Below are positions 20,653 through 28,525 of a DNA stretch of 64,000 nt, one piece after another. Source of the DNA: Chloroflexia bacterium (lineage in GTDB: Bacteria; Chloroflexota; Chloroflexia; QHBQ01; JAICKM01); NCBI GenBank assembly GCA_038228295.1, contig JBBRPH010000020.1, forward strand, positions 3,534 to 67,533. Reading direction: 5' to 3'. Position numbers and translations under genes: made by a program. The notes beneath the pieces are model-generated. The model was not told the origin of the DNA and ran no database searches. It was given only the letters and a program-made list of their open reading frames with translations. How positions within the stretch are numbered: the stretch's first letter is position 1; the number at the start of each line of letters is the position of its first letter.

Positions 20653-21222
20653 TCACCGCCCGCCTGCGTGTTCCAGGCGGGCGGTGATGGCCGTGTAACC
20701 GCGTTCTTCAGCCGCTTGGTAGGGTGTTTGCGCCTTTGAATTGAGGGTTTTGAGATCGGTTACACCATGCCTGAGCAGCCATTCGACCATCGCGAACTGC
20801 CCGCTTTGCACCGCTGCATGGAGTGCGGCATCGGCTCCTGCGCCGCCTCCATGCTCTAGCAGCAGGTCGGCTACTGTGGGGTCGCCGCTTAGAGCCGCAT
20901 GGTAGAGGATCGAGATGCCATGTACACCAGTCGCGGTAGCACGGGTCGGGTCGGCGAGCAGCAAGGCGCGTAGGGAGGCTACCCGGCCGAGCATAGCGGC
21001 GGCAAAGATCGTCAGTGGGGCTCCCTGTGCCAGTAGCCACTCCGCGATGTCACGGCGGCCCATGTGTCCGGCAGCTTCCAGCGCCGTCTCATTGAACTTG
21101 GCATAACGTCCGTTGAGCAGCGCCGGCGTGGCTGCATAGAGCCGCTGCACCGCCGCCCAATCATTGTGGGCGGCCAATACGAAAGGGCCGATTTCGTCTT
21201 CGCTCAGGTTGATGGGGTTCAT
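20653..21222 (-). CDS. Ankyrin repeat protein
   Basis: ETALEAAGHMG, ILYHAALSG, ALHAAVQSG..WLL, TPYQAAEERG repeats. Confidence 0.85.
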   Translation of the reverse strand: MNPINLSEDEIGPFVLAAHNDWAAVQRLYAATPALLNGRYAKFNETALEAAGHMGRRDIAEWLLAQGAPLTIFAAAMLGRVASLRALLLADPTRATATGVHGISILYHAALSGDPTVADLLLEHGGGAGADAALHAAVQSGQFAMVEWLLRHGVTDLKTLNSKAQTPYQAAEERGYTAITARLEHAGGR

Positions 21223-21466
21223 GGCTGCGAGTCTCCTCTACTGCGGTAATACGATGATCACGGGCTTGTTAAATCAGCTATCTCATCGCATTATAGCAGC
21301 CGGCACCAAGCTGTTCCATCGCTAAAACGATCATCTACATACTACTTATCCATAGCAGTCGTTACATACAGCGGCCTGTGCTGCATACCAACCCGCTCCC
21401 TAGTCTCATGCCGCGCTAGGGGATTAGTGTGCCGTGGCCGTTGACTACACGAGGAGGACTTACGAC

Positions 21467-22576
21467 GTGGATAACATTCTAATCACTGGGGGCGCAGGCT
21501 TTGTCGGCACGAACTTGGCCGACCGCTTGCTGCGCGACGGGGCGCAAGTCACACTGTTCGACAACCTGGCGCGGCGCGGCACCCAGCATAACCTCGACTG
21601 GCTGCGCGCGACGCACGGCAAACGGCTGCGCTTCGTGCGCGGCGATGTGCGCGACGTAGCGGCATTGAAAGCAGCAGTCGCCGGCTGCGATACGATCTTC
21701 CACTTGGCCGCGCAAGTGGCGGTCACGACCTCAGTGGACGATCCCCGCCACGATTTCGAGGTGAACGCACTCGGCACCTTCAATGTGCTGGAAGCGGCTC
21801 GCGCCCAGGTGCGCCCGCCGGCGGTGTTGTTCACCTCCACCAACAAGGTCTACGGTGGCTTGGAGGATGTGGCACTGCGGGAAACGCCCCGCCGCTGGGT
21901 GTTCGCCGACCGCCCGCATGGCATCGCCGAAACGCAGCCGCTGGATTTTCACTCGCCCTACGGTTGCTCCAAAGGCGCGGCCGACCAATATGTGCGCGAC
22001 TACGGGCGCATCTACGACATTCCAACCGTCGTCTTCCGCATGAGCTGTATTTACGGCCCGCACCAGTTCGGCAACGAAGACCAAGGCTGGGTGGCCCATT
22101 TCCTGATCAGCGCCGCCCGCAATCAACCAATCATGATCTACGGTGACGGCAAGCAGGTGCGCGATATTCTGTTCGTAGATGATCTCGTCGCTGCGTTTAT
22201 GGCGGCGCGGCGGCGGATTGGCACGGTGGCCGGGCAGGTGTTCAACATCGGGGGCGGCGCAGCCAATACGCTGGCGATCTGGACCGAGTTTGCGCCGCTG
22301 ATCCGCAAGTTGACCGGGCGAGTGCCCCCGGTGGAGCGCGGCGCGACGCGGCCCGGCGACCAAGCGATCTATATTAGCGATATCCGACGGGCACAGGAGG
22401 TGTTGGGTTGGACCCCGCAGGTCGGCGTGGCGCAGGGCTGTGCGACGTTATACCATTGGATCGAAACCCAGCCGCACCTGTTTGCGCCGCCGGCAACCGA
22501 GCGGTCCCGCATGCCGGTCGCTGCACCCTATGGTGATCTGTTCGGTGTGACGTCGGAGGCGGCGGCAACGGGATGA
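21467..22576 (+). CDS. NAD-dependent nucleotide-sugar epimerase/dehydratase (CDP-paratose 2-epimerase-like)
   Basis: TGGAGFVG, AAQVAVTTS, STNKVYG, YGCSK, EDQGWVAHF. Confidence 0.9.
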   Translation: MDNILITGGAGFVGTNLADRLLRDGAQVTLFDNLARRGTQHNLDWLRATHGKRLRFVRGDVRDVAALKAAVAGCDTIFHLAAQVAVTTSVDDPRHDFEVNALGTFNVLEAARAQVRPPAVLFTSTNKVYGGLEDVALRETPRRWVFADRPHGIAETQPLDFHSPYGCSKGAADQYVRDYGRIYDIPTVVFRMSCIYGPHQFGNEDQGWVAHFLISAARNQPIMIYGDGKQVRDILFVDDLVAAFMAARRRIGTVAGQVFNIGGGAANTLAIWTEFAPLIRKLTGRVPPVERGATRPGDQAIYISDIRRAQEVLGWTPQVGVAQGCATLYHWIETQPHLFAPPATERSRMPVAAPYGDLFGVTSEAAATG

Positions 22577-23202
22577 CGCCTCTGGTGGTCGGTATTGCCG
22601 GCGGCAGCGGATCGGGTAAAACAACCGTCACCCAGGCGATTATCGCGGCGGTCGGCGCGGCACAGGTGGCCCTGTTGCAACAAGACTCTTACTACCGTGA
22701 CTTCGGCGATCTCTCACCGGAGGCCCGGCTGGCGATCAACTGGGATCACCCCGACGCGCTGGAAGACGCACTGTTGATAGCTCACGTCGCGGCGTTGCGG
22801 GCGGGCCAAGCCGTGGCTGTGCCCCGTTACGATTTCCGCACCTATCACCGCCTACCCGAACCCGCGACGGTTGCGCCGCGTCCGATCATTATCGTTGAAG
22901 GCATCCTGATTTTGGTGGAACGCGACTTGCGTGATCTGATGGACATCCGTGTGTTTGTGGACATTGATGCGGATGTGCGTTTTGTGCGCCGCCTGGAACG
23001 AGATATTCGTGAACGTGGGCGTGCAGTCGAGTCAGTCATTCAGCAGTATTTAGCGACGGTGCGCCCCATGCACCTGGAGTTTGTCGAACCGAGCAAACGT
23101 TACGCCGATGTGATCGTGCCGCAGGGCGGGCACAATCGGGTGGCGATAGATATGTTAGTGGCGCGGGTGCAGGCGAGCCTACGCGCCGGGGAGGGATCAT
23201 AA
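22573..23202 (+). CDS. udk: Uridine kinase
   Basis: GIAGGSGSGKTT, QDSYY, NWDHPDA, RRLERDIRERGR, VEPSKRYAD. Confidence 0.95.
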   Translation: MTPLVVGIAGGSGSGKTTVTQAIIAAVGAAQVALLQQDSYYRDFGDLSPEARLAINWDHPDALEDALLIAHVAALRAGQAVAVPRYDFRTYHRLPEPATVAPRPIIIVEGILILVERDLRDLMDIRVFVDIDADVRFVRRLERDIRERGRAVESVIQQYLATVRPMHLEFVEPSKRYADVIVPQGGHNRVAIDMLVARVQASLRAGEGS

Positions 23203-23957
23203 TGAACGGATGGGTAGGATTCTTATCGAGCTTCCTGGCAAGCGCCGTGGAAGTGGTCGAGGCGGTGACACTGGTGTTGGCCGCCGGGGTGACGCGCGGC
23301 TGGCGCAGTGTTTGGATCGGCGTGGTGGCGGCCGGCGTGGTGTTGGCAGTGCTGGTGGGGGTGTTCGGGGTGGGCTTGTTGGCCGTCATCCCGATCCAAG
23401 CGCTGCGGATCGTGATCGGCACCTTGCTGCTGGTTTTCGGCTTGCAATGGTTGCGCAAAGCGATCATGCGCTATACCGGCCTGAAGGGTTTGCACGACGA
23501 AGCGGCAATTTATGAGCGTGAGGTTGCAACCCTCAATCAGGCGCCTAGTGCCGCCACCGGCATGGACTGGACCTCATTCACGGTGGCCTTCAAGGGCGTG
23601 TTGCTAGAAGGGCTGGAAGTGGTATTCATCGTGATCACCTTCGGCCTCAGTTCGCACGACATGCTTTCGCCCACGCTCGGCGCACTGGCGGCGGCTGTCG
23701 TGGTGACCGTTGTGGCTTTCGCAGTGCATGAGCCACTCAGCCGGGTACCGGAAAACACGCTCAAGTTTGTCGTTGGGTTGATGCTGACGGCGTTCGGTAC
23801 CTTTTGGGCCGGTGAGGGCGTAGGTCTAGACTGGCCGGGTGCTGATTGGGCCATCCTCGGCCTGTTGATCTTTTATGCCGTCATCGCGGCGGGCTTGATC
23901 GTCGCGTTGCGTGGGCGCACGGCCCCGGCGAGTGGAAAGGCGGTCGGCAACGCATGA
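23202..23957 (+). CDS. COG4280-like membrane protein (ExxE motifs, possible metal transporter)
   Basis: AVEVVEA, FKGVLLEGLEVVFIV, RVPENTLKF motifs. Confidence 0.8.
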   Translation: MNGWVGFLSSFLASAVEVVEAVTLVLAAGVTRGWRSVWIGVVAAGVVLAVLVGVFGVGLLAVIPIQALRIVIGTLLLVFGLQWLRKAIMRYTGLKGLHDEAAIYEREVATLNQAPSAATGMDWTSFTVAFKGVLLEGLEVVFIVITFGLSSHDMLSPTLGALAAAVVVTVVAFAVHEPLSRVPENTLKFVVGLMLTAFGTFWAGEGVGLDWPGADWAILGLLIFYAVIAAGLIVALRGRTAPASGKAVGNA

Positions 23958-24166
23958 AGTACATCACGGGGTTTTTCGCCTTCTGGTATGATTTTATCGT
24001 CGGAGATGCCTGGGAAGTGGCCGCCGGGGTAATCGTCGGTCTGGTGTTACTGGGCTTGGCTGCGCCTACTAGTAGCTTGATGCACGATTACGGCGCGCTG
24101 TTACTGCCTCTGCTGATTGGTGCGGTGCTGGCCTACAGCCTCTGGCGTGTGCGCGGCACCGCTTAG
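23954..24166 (+). CDS. Small membrane protein (FWYDFIVGD motif)
   Basis: ATGA overlap with the COG4280 gene; two TM helices. Confidence 0.7.
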   Translation: MKYITGFFAFWYDFIVGDAWEVAAGVIVGLVLLGLAAPTSSLMHDYGALLLPLLIGAVLAYSLWRVRGTA

Positions 24167-24170
24167 TGCC

Positions 24171-24923
24171 GTGCCGCTACGCGATCTGTTTAGTGTAGAC
24201 GATCTGCTGCGACCGGCTCTACTCATCAGTTGGGCAGTGCCGGCCGCACGGGTGCGGCCCCTGGTGCCGTCGTGCCTCGCCCTCGATACGGTGTCGGGGG
24301 CGGGCGGTGTCGAGTTGGCCTTACTGACCGTGGCCGTCGTCCTCAATGTCGGGATGCACCCGCACCTGTTGCCGGCTCTGCACACAACCTGCGCGCAGGC
24401 CAATTATCGCACCTATGTGCGGGGCCGCGACGGCGCACCGGGGGTCTACTTTTTCGCGAATTTTGTGGCGGGGCGGGCGGGGTGGGTCATTCCGTGGCTG
24501 CTCTCGGCTAATGTCCATTATGCCCCGGCGCGCCTGCGGGGGTATCTCCCCCACACCGCCACGCCCGGCGCCACCTGGAATCTACAGTTGACCATGCACA
24601 GCCCGCTTGGTCCCACCCAGCTGGTGGTCGGCGGACCGTGTGTCCCGCTCACGGTCCCGGCTTACTGGCCGGACCCGGCCACTGCCGCACACTTCCTCAG
24701 CCAGCGCCTAACCGGCTACCTGCGTGACCGGCGCAATCGGGTGTGGGCGTTGCCGGTGCATCATCTGGAGATGACGCCCTGGCCGGGTACGGTTCAGGTG
24801 ATCACCTGCGCGCCCTGGCAGCACTGGGGCTTGCTCTCCGCCGCCGAAACGGCGCAACCCTTCGCTGTGCTGCTGCAACCGGAAGTGCTGTTTCGCGCCT
24901 ATGTGCCGCGCCCCGTGTGGTGA
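24171..24923 (+). CDS. DUF2071/YqjF-like protein
   Basis: QANYRTYVRG..PGVYFF, FLSQRLTGY, VHH..W; start uncertain. Confidence 0.65.
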   Translation: MPLRDLFSVDDLLRPALLISWAVPAARVRPLVPSCLALDTVSGAGGVELALLTVAVVLNVGMHPHLLPALHTTCAQANYRTYVRGRDGAPGVYFFANFVAGRAGWVIPWLLSANVHYAPARLRGYLPHTATPGATWNLQLTMHSPLGPTQLVVGGPCVPLTVPAYWPDPATAAHFLSQRLTGYLRDRRNRVWALPVHHLEMTPWPGTVQVITCAPWQHWGLLSAAETAQPFAVLLQPEVLFRAYVPRPVW

Positions 24924-24980
24924 GCATCGCGTTGGGCGCAGCCAGCGCCCCCAACTCTGCCCAGGCAGGGTAAATAGGTT

Positions 24981-25023
24981 AAAAGGGTAGTCGCTCAATC
25001 GTTGGGCGACTACCCTTTTTATC
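24981..25023. terminator. Bidirectional intrinsic terminator
   Basis: aaaagggtagtcgctcaa-tcg-ttgggcgactaccctttt between convergent genes. Confidence 0.8.
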
Positions 25024-25101
25024 TGCGTGCTAAATCGAGCGGCACAATGCGGCAGGCAGAAGGGTGGGCGAGCTAGCTCGCCGCCCATCGCCGGGTGGCG
25101 C

Positions 25102-25797
25102 TCAGCCGCTGTGACGGTGCGGCCCCCCGCCTTTACGCCCTTTGTTGCGGGCGCGCCCGGGTGTGGCCGGTTGATCCGGCGCGGCGGCTGCGTGCGCGGC
25201 CGGTACGGCCGGCGAGGTGGACGGGACACTAGCATGGGCTGTTTCCGGCGCCGCAGGCTTGGACGCGGTGGGTGCGGCGCCGGCGTGCGTGGTGTCCGAG
25301 GCCGCCGGCATTGCCCGCGTGGTGAGATCGGACGTGGTGGGAGTGGGAACCGCTACGGCGGCGGCAACGGCGGCGCGCGCGGCGATGGCCGCTTTTTCGC
25401 CGGCGATGGTGCGACCGGGGGGCAAGACCACGCCCGTGTTTTCGTCGTCCGCGCTCTTATCTTCGCTGACTTGGTGGAGCAGGATCGGGGGTCGGTTGCC
25501 GCCGGCTGCCGTGGCCTCCAAGCTGCGAGCCGTGGGCACGTTCAGGCTCGCTACCGCCTGGTGCAGCGCGTCGCCGGTTAATTTGGCGAAATCGGCGGCG
25601 GGATCTTGCTCACCCTCGATATGAATGCGGGCGGTGCTGTTGCCCTGTGCGTCGGGCGGGGCCACGCTCTGAACCGTTAGATGTAGAGTGGGATTCGTAG
25701 CGGCGAAGGCGGCAGCCAGCGCGGCGCCGACCTGATCCGCCGCGCCGGGATCGTTGCCGATATGCAGGTGTGCACTAAGATTGATGGCTTTTTTCAT
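25102..25797 (-). CDS. Hypothetical protein with Ala/Pro-rich C-terminus
   Basis: SD GGGAG before ATG, 12 bp downstream of the previous gene; no recognised motif. Confidence 0.6.
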   Translation of the reverse strand: MKKAINLSAHLHIGNDPGAADQVGAALAAAFAATNPTLHLTVQSVAPPDAQGNSTARIHIEGEQDPAADFAKLTGDALHQAVASLNVPTARSLEATAAGGNRPPILLHQVSEDKSADDENTGVVLPPGRTIAGEKAAIAARAAVAAAVAVPTPTTSDLTTRAMPAASDTTHAGAAPTASKPAAPETAHASVPSTSPAVPAAHAAAAPDQPATPGRARNKGRKGGGPHRHSG

Positions 25798-25809
25798 TGC
25801 TGCTCCCCT

Positions 25810-27150
25810 TTACCGCTTGTTGCCGTTGGCGATGGTTGAAACGACCGTGCCGTTCGCATCGAGCAATTCGGCAGCATCACCTTTATTGCTCCAGATCGCT
25901 CTGCCTGACCCGAAGGAGAAGCCGCCGCTCTCGGTGTGGTGTTCATTGGTGTAGATGCGGATGCGCTTGCCGGCTTGCAAGGTAAAGCCCTGCCAGGTGA
26001 ACTCCTCCCCGCCGTATACGTCACGCAACACCCACCCGTTCAGACTAACGGGACCATTAGTGACGTTATGCAACTCCACGTATTCGTCCGGCTCATTGGG
26101 ATTGATGGCCCCATTGTAGAAGATGTCGGCGATTTCCACCGGGCCGCCGCTAGTAGTTTGACCACCGCTGCTGCCCTGGGCCGGACGTGGGGTGCGCGTG
26201 GGCGGCGTATTCGGCTCCGGCGTTTCGACCAGCGCAGGCGGCAGGTAGGGGTCTTGGGTCGGGACAGCATCCGCGCCGCCGGCGGTGGTGGTGGTTGAAG
26301 CGCGTCCCGTGTCGAGCGCGACCCAGCTGTTGCCGCGTTGCACATCGAAGGCGATGATCGGGTGGATCTCCCAGATGGTGCCGCGGGTTTTGCCCACCTG
26401 GTCAGGGTGTTCCTGATCCATCAGCAGCCAGCCACTGATGCGGACACGGGTACGGCCGTCTACCAGCGGATTGACGCGCGCGAAAGCCCAGCCGGGGTGC
26501 TGCGCGCGCACACGCGGTGTGATTTCGACGACAACCGACTGGGAGCGGTCTTTGGCCGGGCCGTCTACGATCCAGAGATGATTATCTACATCATCGGCGG
26601 CGTGGCAGTTGCAGGACTCCGGCCCCTCTTGCTTGGCCCCGGCTAGGTAGCCTTCCACCTGTATCGGGATGCCTTCGGTGCGAGCCACTGTTGCCGCATC
26701 GGCGGACGACCAGCTAGCGCGGCGCTGCCGCTCAATTGCTTTGGGCCAGGGCAACGCCAGCAAATCGGCGATCTGCACGGGATACCAGGGCGCCGAATCA
26801 ATACGATCTTTACGAACGTTGAGACCGGGATCGCCACCGTCGCCGGTGGATGGACAGCCCTGGTAGGTATTGGACGGCGGCTGCGGGCGGGAGGCGCTGA
26901 GGGGGATGCCTCCCTGCGGGTTGGGCGCGACGTTGCCCCCCAGGTTGCCGCCGATGCCGCGACTGCTGTCGCTGCTGCCGCCCCCCCCGGTGTCGGCGGT
27001 GGGGTTCTGTACAAAGCCACTGCCCCCCGAATTGCCTACCGGATTGGGGGCTACCGGCGTGAGGTTGGGGTCGCTGCAACTGGCAACTCCGCCGGCCAGC
27101 GTCGTAAGAAGTAGCAGCAGGAGCAGCGCGGCTCCCAGGCGTGCGTTCAT
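25810..27150 (-). CDS. Lipoprotein with central OB-fold-like domain and C-terminal lamin-tail domain
   Basis: Lipobox VASC; LTD motifs DEYVELHN..LNGWVL..IWSNKGDAAEL. Confidence 0.8.
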   Translation of the reverse strand: MNARLGAALLLLLLLTTLAGGVASCSDPNLTPVAPNPVGNSGGSGFVQNPTADTGGGGSSDSSRGIGGNLGGNVAPNPQGGIPLSASRPQPPSNTYQGCPSTGDGGDPGLNVRKDRIDSAPWYPVQIADLLALPWPKAIERQRRASWSSADAATVARTEGIPIQVEGYLAGAKQEGPESCNCHAADDVDNHLWIVDGPAKDRSQSVVVEITPRVRAQHPGWAFARVNPLVDGRTRVRISGWLLMDQEHPDQVGKTRGTIWEIHPIIAFDVQRGNSWVALDTGRASTTTTAGGADAVPTQDPYLPPALVETPEPNTPPTRTPRPAQGSSGGQTTSGGPVEIADIFYNGAINPNEPDEYVELHNVTNGPVSLNGWVLRDVYGGEEFTWQGFTLQAGKRIRIYTNEHHTESGGFSFGSGRAIWSNKGDAAELLDANGTVVSTIANGNKR

Positions 27151-27475
27151 AAGAGATGATCCTTTATAGTATTCGGCTCCAAGCACCGCAGGGTATGCCT
27201 ACATCCACGGGCGGTCAGTGTGCGTCACCACGCTGCTCGCCTCTATTGTAACATAAATTGCGGTGCAACCGACAACATTGCGTGTTACGTTTCGCCGACC
27301 CACCGACACACTGACGATTGCCCGTAACTACGGTTCACTATGCGCATTTCTCTAACGGGTGGACTGCGCAGCGGCAGTCGGTTACACACCGCCTTGCTGC
27401 TGCCGGCCGGTTCTACTTAAACAGACCCGGCAGATTATTGGGTGAGACAATATCGAATACAGCATTATAAGGAGG

Positions 27476-28405
27476 ATGGTCATGAAAGTACAGGGACAGC
27501 GCCGCATCGCCGGTTTGGCGTTAGGCTTGCTGGTGAGCATGAGCTTGGCGGCTTGCGGTGGTGATGCAGCAACCTCAACCGCTGTACCGGCCGCCGTGCC
27601 AACTGCGACAACGGTGGCGGCTGCGCCGACTGACACAACCGCATCGGCGGCCCCCACCGCTACAGCGGCTATGGTTGCGCCGACCGCGACGACGGCGCCG
27701 GCTGCGCCGACTGATACGGCTATGGTTGCGCCGACCGCGACGACGGCGCCGGCTGCGCCGACTGATACGGCCATGTCTGCCGCCCCGACCGCGACGACGG
27801 CCACCAGCGGCGGCACGGGCGGTGTGCCCCTCAGTGGCGATGCCGGTCTGCTGCAACAGGCCGTGGCCGGAATGCGCGACCTCAAGAGCTACCACATGGA
27901 CATCGCGTCGGAGGTGGGTGGTCAGAAGACGCAGACGGGTGTAGATGTAGATGTGGCAAACAAAGGTGTGAAAATGACGAGTACCGTGGGCGCCTATAGC
28001 AGCGTCGTCCTAGTGATCGGCGACAAATCTTGGATTAGTGCCGATGGCGGCAAGACTTACACGGTCAGTCCGACCGGCGCATCGATGGGCAGTGCGTTCG
28101 ACGGCTTTATTAATATGTGGAAAAATAGCTCGATGGGCGGGGCGGGCACACCGATCCCGGACATCAAGGCGGGTACTCCGGCTACTGAGCAGATCGACGG
28201 CACCGATACCAAGCACCTGACCCTGGACAGCAAAGCCTTCAGCGGCACGACCGGAGGTACCGTTGATATGTGGGTGACGACCGGCGCGCAGCCGCGCATT
28301 CGGCAAATGAAGTCCGCCGTTACCGCGAGCGGGCAAGCCGTTACGTCCACTATCAAGTGGAGCAAGTTCGACGAAGACCTAGGCATCAAGGCACCGGCCA
28401 AATAG
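27476..28405 (+). CDS. LppX/LprAFG-like lipoprotein with Ala/Pro/Thr linker
   Basis: Lipobox LAAC; LKSYHMD, EQIDGTDTKH, IKWSKFDE..IKAP. Confidence 0.75.
   Translation: MVMKVQGQRRIAGLALGLLVSMSLAACGGDAATSTAVPAAVPTATTVAAAPTDTTASAAPTATAAMVAPTATTAPAAPTDTAMVAPTATTAPAAPTDTAMSAAPTATTATSGGTGGVPLSGDAGLLQQAVAGMRDLKSYHMDIASEVGGQKTQTGVDVDVANKGVKMTSTVGAYSSVVLVIGDKSWISADGGKTYTVSPTGASMGSAFDGFINMWKNSSMGGAGTPIPDIKAGTPATEQIDGTDTKHLTLDSKAFSGTTGGTVDMWVTTGAQPRIRQMKSAVTASGQAVTSTIKWSKFDEDLGIKAPAK
27666..27800 (+). repeat. 51-bp tandem repeat (MVAPTATTAPAAPTDTA) in the lipoprotein linker
   Basis: Identical units starting at ATG 27671 and 27722, degenerate third copy. Confidence 0.85.
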
Positions 28406-28455
28406 CCGGCTAGGATGTAGTGTGGCACCTGTCGCGCCGCACTGGTCTAACAACC

Positions 28456-28501
28456 ATCGCCGCGCAGCTACGGAGACTTGGACTCCGTAGCTGCGCGGCG
28501 G
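28456..28501. terminator. Hairpin between convergent genes
   Basis: cgccgcgcagctacggag-acttgga-ctccgtagctgcgcggcg. Confidence 0.75.
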
Positions 28502-28525
28502 GATCTATTAGCTTTCAGACCGCTC

